From: Myxococcales bacterium
Lineage (GTDB): Bacteria; Myxococcota_A; UBA9042; UBA3505
Length of the DNA stretch: 58,376 nt
Assembly (NCBI GenBank): GCA_963578775.1
Contig: CAUZEG010000004.1
Coordinates: forward strand, 1-58,376
Direction of reading: 5' to 3'
The translations under genes were made by a program, and so were the position numbers. Numbering within the stretch: the first letter of the stretch is position 1; each line of letters opens with the position of its first letter. Below are positions 11,197-20,489 of the stretch, piece after piece. The notes under the pieces were generated by a model, which did not search any database, was not told where the DNA came from, and worked only from the letters and a program-made list of their open reading frames with translations.

Positions 11197-14100
11197 ATGA
11201 ATAGCGACGATTTTCCGCCAAAAGACGAAAAGGGTAAGACTGACAACGCCGACACCACAGAGGAAGCACCCTCTGAAGTGGATATGTCTCTCATCGGTGT
11301 CTACAAGACGAATAAAGACGCGGACGACAATCCATGGGCAGGAGCCGGATCGGTAGACCCGGCCGATGCTGACAAGATCGCCCCGGTACCACCGCCGGTT
11401 CCCGGATCACCAATCGAGGCGGAAGGCGAAGACGAGCCGGAAGCCGAAGCCGAAGCCGAAACCGAAGCCGTAGCCGTAGCCGAGCCCGAAGCCGAGCCCG
11501 AAGCCGAGCCCGAAGCCGAGCCCGAAGCCGAGCCGGAGGACGAGACAGAAATAGCACTCGAACTCGACATCGACCCGTCAGAAGGCGGAGATGCCGGTGC
11601 TCTATTCGATGCCGTCGCCAGCGAACTCCAGGTCAATGGAGAGCCAGAGGATGAAGCTTCATCGGGCGAGACCATCGAAGAGGCCGATCTTGAAGCCTTT
11701 CTCAGTGACACCGGTGACGAAGACGAGTTCCCAACGATCGAAGGGACCATAGACGGGGATGATACCGCTGAAGTCGGAGGTGATTCCACAGGCGAGGATC
11801 CCCTTCTTGAGTCACTGAACATGGAAATAGATGGCATCGAAGGGGCCGATCTTGAGTTGGATATTCTGCCTGGGAAGGGGCCGGTTACTGGGTCCTCGCC
11901 CATAAGTAGCGACGTTCCCGTATCCATGTTGGAACCCGAGGCGACGAGGTCATCACCAAAGTCGGCTATTCTCGCGTTGGTGCTGGGAATCATCCTCGGA
12001 GCCGGCGGGCTCTTCGGGGTGGTTAGCCAGGGATTCGTAAGCCTTCCGGGTACTGAGAAAGCCCAAACAAAGAAAAAGAAGAAGACTGTAACGAAAGACA
12101 TCACAGCTGGGCTCAAATTCGATAAATTACCCAAAGGCTTTAGTCATCGTGGCCTGGTCCATAAGCATAAGTCTCTGGATTCGGATACGCCCGATGGATA
12201 CAACAAGGCCATCAAGGCTCTGGATACGAAGATCTCCAAGCTCAAGACCGAAACGGAAAACGCGGAAGACGCCCAAAAGAGCCGTCTCATGAACGAACTG
12301 GAACAAGAGCGTGTACGCGTCTGGGCCATGTATCATGAGCGGTTCCCCATTGAATTCACCAAGAAGGACCGGGCCGCGCAATGGAAGAGAATTCGTAAAA
12401 AAGCCCTTGGTTATAGTGGGAAAGAATGGACCCAGAAACGTAGTGCTGCGTTGATTCGCGCATTCGACAAGGCCGGCAAACGAGACTTTTCGCAGGCCAT
12501 GATAGAGCTTCAAAGCTATCTGACGGCCTACCCGGAGGGTGGTCAAAACGATCTATACCTGGTTGGAAAACTCTTTCTCCAACAGGGACAGGTGCAAATA
12601 GCCGCCAAAGTATTTCACGCGGCCCTGGCCTCCAATCCCAAGGACGCTCGCCTGAACTACTATCTGGGGAAAACCTATCTGCTATGGAAGATCCTGGAGG
12701 ATAACCAGAAGATTGGCCCACCAGAAGAAGCCGCTCTCGAATTAGCGGCGACGCATCTTGATAAAGCTATCAAGTCCAATCCAGACCATAATTCTGCCTC
12801 CCTGCTAAAAGCCGAGCTGGTGCTGATGCAAGGGGAAGACAATGCTCACGGTAAAGCGCTCGAAACGATCACCACGATCATGAATGACGCCGAAGGAAAG
12901 CCTCGGGAACTGGATAGCTCCACCAAATATGAAGCAAACCTCATCCTGGCGCAGATTCACCAGAACAAATCCGAGGCGGACAAGGAGCTGGCTGCTCTCC
13001 AGACGGCCATGGAGGTCAAGGAGACCGAAGACATCATCGTGCGTATCGCTCGGCTCTACTTACGTGGTCTGGTGGTCATCACGGATAGTGAAGGTAAAGA
13101 GATCAAGGAAGAAGACCGCGAGGACGAGAACAGAAGTAAGACGTCTGAGTACCTGGCTAAATGCGACGGAAAAGGTCTGAATTGCTCTAGTCCCGTGTAC
13201 TACCAGGTGAAGATCCAGCATCTCGCCAAGGTCGCCAAGGCCGCCAAGGATCACCATAACTCTACGGTGCTGGAACAGCAGATTGAAAAAGCGCTAGCCA
13301 CCTACCCTGCGGACCTGGAAATCCAGTTGTTGGCCGGAAATACGTGGATGGAGAATAAAGACAACGATCGGGCCATGTCGGTCTATCAAAAAGCCCTGAA
13401 ACAGGCACCGAATCACCCCGATCCCTACAAAGCCATCGCAGAACTCCATCTGGCAGCAAAGACGAATCAAGGAAAGATAGCCGCGGCAAAAATTCTCGAC
13501 CAGGGGATCCGGAACGTCACAAATGCAATTCCACTATGGAAAAAGAAGCTTGAGGTTGTCTCGGGCCAACCCAAACAACAAATCCAGATACTAAACACCC
13601 TCATAAAGCTTGATTCGAATCGGCCCCGGGCCGACCAGGACGCATTATTCCGTATGAAACTGGGCGCCGTGTATAGAGATCTCGACCGTACGCAGGAGGC
13701 GCTGGCGCAGTTCGATAAGGTACCCGCCAACAAGTTGAACGGCGAATACCTGAAGATCTATATCGGCCTTCTACTCGACGTGTCCGGTAAAAGTGGACTC
13801 GCCAAAGCAGAAAATCTGGCGGCAACCTTCATCACCAACAACTCTGACGAAGCTCTGGCCCACATCCTTATGGGCGAAGTTTTGATTCATAAGGGGGACC
13901 TGGCAAAAGCAGAAGCACATCTGAAACGCGCTAAACAATCCACCAAGGTTGAAGACCCGAGGATCTACGACTTGCTGGCTACAATCGCCGAAAAGAACGG
14001 TAAGCTAAACGAGGCTCAGAAACATTTGAAATCCGCCGTAGAGCTGACCGTAGAAAAGAAATGTGAAGGCGCACAATGTGCTTCGAGGGACATCTACTCG

Positions 14101-14748
14101 GTCAAACTTCAGATCAAACGAGCGGAAACTCTCATCGAACTCTTTCGCGCAGAAACGAAGACCAACCCAGGCTCTGCCAAGCAGAAAAGTACAGAGGCCC
14201 TCTCGGTACTTGAGAATGTGATTGAGAGCATCGCAGGAAAGAAAACGAATCGCATTCCTGTCACCAATGAGATAGCCGCCAGGGCTCACCTTCTGCGGGG
14301 CAACCTCTACTACGCAAAATCCGAAATGCGAATGGCACACGAGGACTTCAAAAGCGCTCTTGGCCTGGATAAATTCAATACCGACATCAAGGTGAGTTAC
14401 GCCACGTCTCTCATCCAGAGTAAACGTATTAGAGAAGCCAGGGTTCATCTCAGCGCAGTTGTAAAGCAGGACCGCTTCCATCCCCAGGCGAATTACCAGC
14501 TAGCCCGAATCGCCGAGCGGCAAAATAACCGGAAGGGGCGACAGGAACATCTGGCGCGCGCCGTAAAACATGGTGGGCAGAGAATCCCCGCAGCCCACCG
14601 AGAACTGGCCAATATCTATTGGGACAAAAACACGAACGCTAGCAAGAATATGGCCAAGAAACACTACCGGGAATACCTGAAGGTATATCAGGCCCTTCAC
14701 TCCACGCGTCCAACGGACGCCGATGAGGTGGAGCGTAGGCTGAGATAG
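11197..14748 (+). CDS. Large single-pass membrane TPR-repeat protein with an acidic repeat-containing N-terminus
   Basis: The ORF runs from TTG 11182, but the ATG at 11197 (MNSDDFPP..) is more likely. The first ~260 aa are acidic and low-complexity. There is one TM helix (AILALVLGIILGAGGLFGVV) followed by KKKKK. About 850 aa follow with many TPR-like A/L/Y/G/N-P patterns (e.g. ALASNPKDARLNYYLGKTY, ALKQAPNHPDPYKAIAELH). Confidence 0.75.
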   Translation: MNSDDFPPKDEKGKTDNADTTEEAPSEVDMSLIGVYKTNKDADDNPWAGAGSVDPADADKIAPVPPPVPGSPIEAEGEDEPEAEAEAETEAVAVAEPEAEPEAEPEAEPEAEPEDETEIALELDIDPSEGGDAGALFDAVASELQVNGEPEDEASSGETIEEADLEAFLSDTGDEDEFPTIEGTIDGDDTAEVGGDSTGEDPLLESLNMEIDGIEGADLELDILPGKGPVTGSSPISSDVPVSMLEPEATRSSPKSAILALVLGIILGAGGLFGVVSQGFVSLPGTEKAQTKKKKKTVTKDITAGLKFDKLPKGFSHRGLVHKHKSLDSDTPDGYNKAIKALDTKISKLKTETENAEDAQKSRLMNELEQERVRVWAMYHERFPIEFTKKDRAAQWKRIRKKALGYSGKEWTQKRSAALIRAFDKAGKRDFSQAMIELQSYLTAYPEGGQNDLYLVGKLFLQQGQVQIAAKVFHAALASNPKDARLNYYLGKTYLLWKILEDNQKIGPPEEAALELAATHLDKAIKSNPDHNSASLLKAELVLMQGEDNAHGKALETITTIMNDAEGKPRELDSSTKYEANLILAQIHQNKSEADKELAALQTAMEVKETEDIIVRIARLYLRGLVVITDSEGKEIKEEDREDENRSKTSEYLAKCDGKGLNCSSPVYYQVKIQHLAKVAKAAKDHHNSTVLEQQIEKALATYPADLEIQLLAGNTWMENKDNDRAMSVYQKALKQAPNHPDPYKAIAELHLAAKTNQGKIAAAKILDQGIRNVTNAIPLWKKKLEVVSGQPKQQIQILNTLIKLDSNRPRADQDALFRMKLGAVYRDLDRTQEALAQFDKVPANKLNGEYLKIYIGLLLDVSGKSGLAKAENLAATFITNNSDEALAHILMGEVLIHKGDLAKAEAHLKRAKQSTKVEDPRIYDLLATIAEKNGKLNEAQKHLKSAVELTVEKKCEGAQCASRDIYSVKLQIKRAETLIELFRAETKTNPGSAKQKSTEALSVLENVIESIAGKKTNRIPVTNEIAARAHLLRGNLYYAKSEMRMAHEDFKSALGLDKFNTDIKVSYATSLIQSKRIREARVHLSAVVKQDRFHPQANYQLARIAERQNNRKGRQEHLARAVKHGGQRIPAAHRELANIYWDKNTNASKNMAKKHYREYLKVYQALHSTRPTDADEVERRLR
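11479..11538 (+). repeat. Five tandem 12-nt units (gccgagcccgaa) encoding (AEPE)n inside the TPR-protein gene
   Basis: Read directly from the sequence: gccgagcccgaa four times, then gccgagccggag. The repeat sits in a wider E/A/P-rich tract at ~11436-11545. Confidence 0.9.
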
Positions 14749-14903
14749 GTTCAAGACCAGATACTGTAAACGAATTCAAGACCTCTCCTATGTAAGGGTT
14801 GGCATACGTACCTCGACTGAGGTAACTATCTAGGCACGACGGGTATCCGCGAAACTGGCTCGGTTTTCGGTCTATCCGTGGAATATGTAGATCCGGAGGA
14901 CAC

Positions 14904-17576
14904 ATGCACAAACTGCCACAACTGCATATGCAGGTTCCGGATGTCGATCCCCTCGAAACAGCCGAATGGCTGGAGTCGTTCGATGCGCTGGTGGAACAAG
15001 GGGGACTCGAACGCGCGTACTACGTTCTCACGACCCTGCTTAAACGTGCCCATCTCGAGCATGTGCCTCTACCGGCTCTGGTGCAAACACCGTATGTAAA
15101 CACCATCCCGCCGGGCAATGAACCTGCCTACCCGGGCGATGAAGACATTGAAAAGCGTATTCGCAGATATGTGCGCTGGAATGCCATGGCCATGGTCCAT
15201 CGACAAAATGGGAAAGTCCCTGGCATTGGTGGACATCTCTCGACCTATGCATCCGCATCGACTCTGTACGAAGTCGGCTATCACCATTTCTTTCGCGGCA
15301 AGAATAATGGGTTTGGAGACCAGGTGTTCTTCCAGGGCCATGGTGCCCCCGGCATCTACGCCCGTGCCTTTATCGAGGGTCGAATCACAGAAGACAACCT
15401 GTTGAATTTTCGCCGCGAGGTGGATGGTGGCGGGCTCTCTTCCTATCCACATCCCTGGCTAATGCCCGATTTCTGGGAATTTCCAACCGTATCCATGGGC
15501 CTGGGGCCCCTGGCGGCGATTTATCAGGCTCGCTTCAACCGATATCTCCACGCTCGAGGGATCTGCGACACGACTGATACTCGTGTATGGAGCTTCGTCG
15601 GAGACGGTGAATGCGACGAGCCCGAAACCCTCGGAGCTCTCCATGTAGCCGCCCAGGAAGGTCTCGGCAACCTCACATTTGTGGTCAACTGCAATCTACA
15701 GCGCCTCGATGGTCCCGTCCGTGGCAACGGAAAAATCATTCAGGAACTTGAGGCCACTTTCCACGGTGCCGGCTGGCGCGTCATCAAAGTTATCTGGGGA
15801 CGCGAATGGGATCCTCTGCTTCATGCGGACGACGAGGGAGTCCTTGTACAACGTATGGGCGAAGTCCCAGACGGTCAGTACCAGAAATATGTAGTCGAAG
15901 ACGGAGGATTTATCCGAAAGGACTTTTTCGGGACCGATCCACGTCTTGCCCGCCTTGTGGATAACCTTAGCGACGGAGCCCTGCAGCGCTTACGTCGCGG
16001 TGGGCATGACTGCCGAAAGGTCTACGCCGCTATGAAACAGGCGTCCGAGGCAACGGATGTCCCCACCGTCATTCTAGCCAAAACCGTAAAGGGCTGGACG
16101 CTGGGAGCGGGCGCCGAAGGACGGAACGTCTCCCATCAGGCCAAGAAGCTACGGCTGGAAGAATTAAAAGCATTTAGAGACCGTATCCATCTCGATATAC
16201 CGGACGAGGAACTCGAAGAACCGCCGTTCATCCGCTTCTCAGAGGATAGCGAGGAATATGCCTATCTTATGGAACGTCGTAACGCCCTGGGTGGTCCAGT
16301 GCCGGCTCGAGCCCAACGAAAGACCCAGCTCCAGGTCCCTGGAATGGACTGGTTTGAGCGATTCCTTGACGGTTCCGGTGACAGAGAAGTCTCAACCACG
16401 GGTGCCTTTGGTCGCATCCTCGCCCAGCTAATGAGCGACGAAAAACTTGGAAAGCGAATCGTCCCAATCATCCCGGATGAAGCTCGTACTTTCGGTCTGG
16501 ATGCTCTTTTCCATCGCTATGGTATCTACTCCTCGAAAGGCCAGCTCTACGATCCGGTCGATGCCAAACAGCTGATGTACTACCGGGAAGCCAAGGACGG
16601 ACAAGTACTTGAGGAAGGTATCTGTGAAGCGGGCTCCATGGCGAGCCTGACTGCGGCCGCTACCGCACATACGTTCTTCGGCGAACCCATGATTCCGTTC
16701 TATATCTTCTACAGTATGTTCGGGTTCCAACGAACCGGCGATCAGGCCTGGGCACTGGCGGACCAGCGGGGACGCGGCTTTATGCTGGGCGCGACTGCCG
16801 GGCGTACAACGCTCAACGGAGAAGGGCTTCAGCATCAGGACGGACATAGTCTACTGCTCGCCAGCACCAACCCCTGCTGTAAGGTCTATGACCCGGCATT
16901 CGCCCATGAAATCGCTGTTATCATCCAGCACGGGCTGAAGGAGATGTACGAGGAGGATAAGGATGTCTTCTACTATATAACCCTTCAAAATGAAGCCTAT
17001 CCAATGCCCAAAATGCCGGAAGGGGCTGCAGAGCAGATCATAACCGGGCTGTATCGATATAAAGAGCCTGATGTCGACAAAGGCCCCGAAGTAAATCTCT
17101 TTGGGAGTGGATCGATCCTTCTACAAGCACTTCGGGCGCAAGAATTGTTGGCTGCCCATAATGTCCGTGCACATGTCTGGAGCGTAACCAGCTACTGCGA
17201 ACTTCGCCGCGAGGCATTGGCCTGCGAACGATGGAATACACTCCATCCGGATAAAGAAGCGCGCGTACCAAAGGTCCAGCAGATCCTCGGTGATCTCGAT
17301 GGACCAGTCATCGCGGTGTCAGACTATATCAAAGCCGTTCCCGATCAGATTTCCCGTTGGGTCGAACAGGACTTCTACCCGCTGGGCACCGACGGCTTCG
17401 GTCGCTCCGACACCCGCCCGGCTCTGCGACGTTTCTTCGAAGTCGACGCCGAGTGTATTGCCGTAACAGCCCTGAAGAGGTTGGCCGATCACGGTGCAAT
17501 TTCTACAAAGACGGTGAAGAAAGCCATGAAGGACTACGGGATCGACCCAGAAAAAACCGATCCTGCGTATAGTTGA
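14904..17576 (+). CDS. aceE: Pyruvate dehydrogenase E1 component, homodimeric type
   Basis: 890 aa. The N-terminal DVDPLETAEWLESFDALV matches the AceE DVDPIETRDWL motif. The length, the ThDP-binding region (GDGECDEPETLGAL) and the overall colinearity fit AceE. A GGAGGA Shine-Dalgarno lies 5 nt upstream of the ATG. Confidence 0.93.
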   Translation: MHKLPQLHMQVPDVDPLETAEWLESFDALVEQGGLERAYYVLTTLLKRAHLEHVPLPALVQTPYVNTIPPGNEPAYPGDEDIEKRIRRYVRWNAMAMVHRQNGKVPGIGGHLSTYASASTLYEVGYHHFFRGKNNGFGDQVFFQGHGAPGIYARAFIEGRITEDNLLNFRREVDGGGLSSYPHPWLMPDFWEFPTVSMGLGPLAAIYQARFNRYLHARGICDTTDTRVWSFVGDGECDEPETLGALHVAAQEGLGNLTFVVNCNLQRLDGPVRGNGKIIQELEATFHGAGWRVIKVIWGREWDPLLHADDEGVLVQRMGEVPDGQYQKYVVEDGGFIRKDFFGTDPRLARLVDNLSDGALQRLRRGGHDCRKVYAAMKQASEATDVPTVILAKTVKGWTLGAGAEGRNVSHQAKKLRLEELKAFRDRIHLDIPDEELEEPPFIRFSEDSEEYAYLMERRNALGGPVPARAQRKTQLQVPGMDWFERFLDGSGDREVSTTGAFGRILAQLMSDEKLGKRIVPIIPDEARTFGLDALFHRYGIYSSKGQLYDPVDAKQLMYYREAKDGQVLEEGICEAGSMASLTAAATAHTFFGEPMIPFYIFYSMFGFQRTGDQAWALADQRGRGFMLGATAGRTTLNGEGLQHQDGHSLLLASTNPCCKVYDPAFAHEIAVIIQHGLKEMYEEDKDVFYYITLQNEAYPMPKMPEGAAEQIITGLYRYKEPDVDKGPEVNLFGSGSILLQALRAQELLAAHNVRAHVWSVTSYCELRREALACERWNTLHPDKEARVPKVQQILGDLDGPVIAVSDYIKAVPDQISRWVEQDFYPLGTDGFGRSDTRPALRRFFEVDAECIAVTALKRLADHGAISTKTVKKAMKDYGIDPEKTDPAYS

Positions 17577-17581
17577 TCCCC

Positions 17582-18337
17582 ATGAAATCTCCCCCCAGGA
17601 CCTGGAACGGGAAAATCGCCCTGGTCACCGGCGCTTCAAGTGGTATCGGCCGTGCCGTAAGCCGTGAACTTGTGGGACTCGGCATGAAAGTGGTCGGAGC
17701 CGCCCGCCGAACCGACCGCTTACGCGAGCTACAAATTGAGCTAGGTGAAGAGAACTTTAAGGGGGTTGGAGTTGATCTTCGATCGGAGACTTCGATCCTG
17801 GAACTCTTCGGCACCGTCCGACAGCGCCACGGGGGCGTTGATGTCCTCGTCAATAATGCCGGGCTTGGTCATAAAGCGACCCTGATGAACGGGGAAACCG
17901 AAGCCTGGCGTGAGATGCTGGACGTAAACGTGCTGGCCCTATGCATCTGTAGCCGCGAAGCCATCACCGATATGCGAGATCGCGGTGATAACGGACATAT
18001 CGTGCATATCTCTTCGATGTCGGGTCATCGGGTACCCGGTGGAAGCGGCGTATATTCGGCCACAAAATTCGCCGTCCGCGCCTTAACCGAGGGATTGCGG
18101 AAAGAGCTCCGAGGCGCCACAAGCAAGATTCGTGTTTCGGCCGTCAGCCCCGGCTATGTAGAGACCGAATTTGCGGAAAAATACCATCAGAGCAAAGAGG
18201 CCGCCGAGCAAACCTACAGCCAGTTTCCGGTACTCCAGTCCGAAGATATCGCGGATGCCGTACGGTTCGTATTACAGGCGCCGGATCATATGCAGGTACA
18301 CGATATGCTGATTCGTCCCACCGAACAGGTCAGCTGA
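17582..18337 (+). CDS. Short-chain dehydrogenase/reductase (SDR) family oxidoreductase
   Basis: It has TGASSGIGRA (TGxxxGxG), NNAG and the catalytic YSATK (YxxxK). The ORF opens at TTG 17573, overlapping the aceE stop. The ATG at 17582 is preferred. Confidence 0.9.
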   Translation: MKSPPRTWNGKIALVTGASSGIGRAVSRELVGLGMKVVGAARRTDRLRELQIELGEENFKGVGVDLRSETSILELFGTVRQRHGGVDVLVNNAGLGHKATLMNGETEAWREMLDVNVLALCICSREAITDMRDRGDNGHIVHISSMSGHRVPGGSGVYSATKFAVRALTEGLRKELRGATSKIRVSAVSPGYVETEFAEKYHQSKEAAEQTYSQFPVLQSEDIADAVRFVLQAPDHMQVHDMLIRPTEQVS

Positions 18338-18347
18338 ACGTAGCCGA

Positions 18348-20396
18348 TTAAGGCGTTAACTGATCTGGATAGATCAGTTTCAGGTAGGTCTTCTCGGAGA
18401 AGCTGCCTGATGCAAAGCTGATCTCGGTACCATCGGGCCAACGGACCTCTACTGTGTACGCACACGGGAAATCACCGAGTCCAAACAAAAGGGCCTTCGA
18501 GTCGATGGAATTGTGCATCCCACGGCTCAAGTGCACATGCCGGGTTATCACCTGATCGGTGAACCGAATTTGTACGCGGGTTCCAACGGCGTCCCGATGC
18601 AAGCTAACCCCATCCCCTGAGACCTGCAGCCCTATCCAACGGTTCTCAGAGCCGATGTCGTTCCTGAAGAGGAAGTTCGGGCGCCCACCGCCGGTGTCTC
18701 GACCACCCACCAGCAGATCCAGATCTCCGTCATGGTCGATGTCTGACCAGGCGTGATTCTGGGCCTTCTTCATGGTGGCCAGGTGCTTACAGAACCCTTG
18801 CGCGTGGCAATACTCATGATCGCCAGTGCAGTCTGAAGCTGTGGTGCAGGGATGACGGCAACGTTCCTTCAAACATTGTTCTCCAGCCTCCGTGCACGCC
18901 GAATCATCCACGCAGACGGTGAGGCTCGCACGCACGCCGATGTCGGGGATGTTGATCCCACTGGCGATCCCTACGCTCTGGAAGCTTCCATCTGCCTGTT
19001 GGTGCATCAAACCAAACCAACTGCGCTGCTCGATCTGGCTGACGGGATCGTAGCCGCTGTCGTATTTGCTGTCGCGAGAGAGTGAAAGATCCAGACGACC
19101 GTCGTTATCAAAATCCACCGCACCACCATCCACATCACCCTCGGCAAAAGGCAGCCCGCGAGCGTAACCTTCATTGGTGAAGGTAAATCCACCCTCCGGT
19201 CCCGAATTAATCAAGACAAGGCTTGGGTCCGACCATTTTCTGTTAGGCGTCCCATTGTCGGGATGCGAAATGGAGGTCTGAAAGATGTCCATATAACCAT
19301 CGTTGTTGATGTCCGCGCAGGCGAGACCGAAGCCATTGCCCCCCATGTAGGTGCCTGGTCCTTTCCCGGGCTCGGGGTCCAGACCATAGCCCGTGCTCGC
19401 CAGGTAGGGGTTTCCCCCCGGCTGACTGGCAAAGCCTGCGTCCACCGCCACGTTCTCAAAGCTACCGTTGTTGTTGCGCCAAAGGATGTTCCGGCCATTA
19501 CCGTTGCTGACCCCATAGACCGAGACAAAGATGTCCAGATCGCCGTCATCGTCGTAATCGCAGACGACCGTGCCGTTGCTGAGCATGGGAGGGTTGATCT
19601 GCAGGTTGGCGCTCATATCCACGAAGCTGCCAGTACCATCACCAAAGAAGAGCGAATCGAAGATCTGCTCGGCCGTCGAGATGCCTCCACCGGTGTGTCC
19701 ATTACCTATATAGAGGTCCAGAGTCGTGTCATTATTGAAGTCTGCGAAGACCGCGTTCCCCGCGTGGGTCTTGTTGGTATAGCTCTCAAACCCCGAACCG
19801 ATCACGGCTTCGAAGTGACCCTGGCCGTCGTTCAAGAAGATCTGATGGCTGAGCCCTGGAAAGGGGATGTCGATGCCCGAGAAGACGTCCTGGTCGCCAT
19901 CGTTGTCTACATCACCGAAGGCGAAGAAACCGGATTGTACATTGCGCAGGCCGCTCTCATCGGAGAAGTCGCTGAAGGTGCCGTCCCCATTGTTCATGAA
20001 GACCAGGTGCTCGAAGGGAACACCATTCTGTGGATTGGGATAGAGACTGTGCATCACAATGTCGTCAAAACCGTCGCCGTTGATGTCGGCGAAGCCTAGA
20101 CGGCTGTGGTCGTTTATGATCGTTCCGTCGGGGGGATTTTCAGAGTAATTCCCTACCCGGATGCCGCTCTGGTCTGAGATGTCTGTGAAGAAGTTCTCCG
20201 TGGGCACAGCAACAAGCACAGGCTCACAGCCTGTAATCGGACCATCGGTCTTGATCCCTTCACCCTGTGTCTCAGAGGTGGAAATGCCAGGGTCGGATTG
20301 CGCTCCATCGGCCGGGTTGGCCCCCTGGTCTGCGGTCATGGCTTCACCGCCGCCGCAAGCCCAAAGGAAAAGAATAAGGAGTGTCGCAGATCTCAT
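18348..20396 (-). CDS. CRTAC1-like lipoprotein: FG-GAP/VCBS repeats plus a C-terminal ASPIC/UnbV-like domain
   Basis: Starting at ATG 20396 gives MRSATLLILFLWACGGG (lipobox). There are repeated FG-GAP-type calcium motifs (DINGDGFDD, DVDNDGDQD, DYDDDGDLD, DINNDGYMD, DFDNDGRLD, DIDHDGDLD). The C-terminal part reads NRWIGLQV..GTRVQIRF..SRGMHNS..LLFGLG, as in ASPIC/UnbV domains. A Cys-rich insert (CVDDSACTEAGEQCLKERCRHPCTTASDCTGDHEYC) is present. Confidence 0.8.
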   Translation of the reverse strand: MRSATLLILFLWACGGGEAMTADQGANPADGAQSDPGISTSETQGEGIKTDGPITGCEPVLVAVPTENFFTDISDQSGIRVGNYSENPPDGTIINDHSRLGFADINGDGFDDIVMHSLYPNPQNGVPFEHLVFMNNGDGTFSDFSDESGLRNVQSGFFAFGDVDNDGDQDVFSGIDIPFPGLSHQIFLNDGQGHFEAVIGSGFESYTNKTHAGNAVFADFNNDTTLDLYIGNGHTGGGISTAEQIFDSLFFGDGTGSFVDMSANLQINPPMLSNGTVVCDYDDDGDLDIFVSVYGVSNGNGRNILWRNNNGSFENVAVDAGFASQPGGNPYLASTGYGLDPEPGKGPGTYMGGNGFGLACADINNDGYMDIFQTSISHPDNGTPNRKWSDPSLVLINSGPEGGFTFTNEGYARGLPFAEGDVDGGAVDFDNDGRLDLSLSRDSKYDSGYDPVSQIEQRSWFGLMHQQADGSFQSVGIASGINIPDIGVRASLTVCVDDSACTEAGEQCLKERCRHPCTTASDCTGDHEYCHAQGFCKHLATMKKAQNHAWSDIDHDGDLDLLVGGRDTGGGRPNFLFRNDIGSENRWIGLQVSGDGVSLHRDAVGTRVQIRFTDQVITRHVHLSRGMHNSIDSKALLFGLGDFPCAYTVEVRWPDGTEISFASGSFSEKTYLKLIYPDQLTP

Positions 20397-20488
20397 TCTA
20401 CAACCTCTCGACAACAAAGAGCTCCACCTTGTTGATAGGGTTTCGTCTTCACCACGCCGGTCGCTTTGCGCTGCTCGTACACCGCCAA
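20393..20488 (-). CDS. Candidate 31-codon micro-ORF (LAVYEQRKATGVVKTKPYQQGGALCCREVVE) copying the C-terminal tail of the upstream gene
   Basis: TTG at 20488 lies 1 nt after the upstream TAG stop. The TGA stop overlaps the downstream ATG as ATGA. The peptide aligns with the upstream protein's tail YVVKTDTSQGGVLCCKDEF. See the finding on this interval; expression is unproven. Confidence 0.25.
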   Translation of the reverse strand: MAVYEQRKATGVVKTKPYQQGGALCCREVVE

Positions 20489-20489
20489 T

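Noticed and set aside
11301-12134. 277-codon minus-strand ORF, Ser/Ala/Gly-rich, opposite the start of the TPR-protein gene.
   Set aside because: It is antisense to the acidic low-complexity region (GAA/GAG/GCC repeats read backwards). It has no independent support.
19263-20099. 278-codon plus-strand ORF inside the CRTAC1-like gene.
   Set aside because: The opposite frame carries six FG-GAP calcium-binding motifs and the UnbV-like C-terminus. The plus-strand product is Val/Ile/Asp-rich mirror noise.
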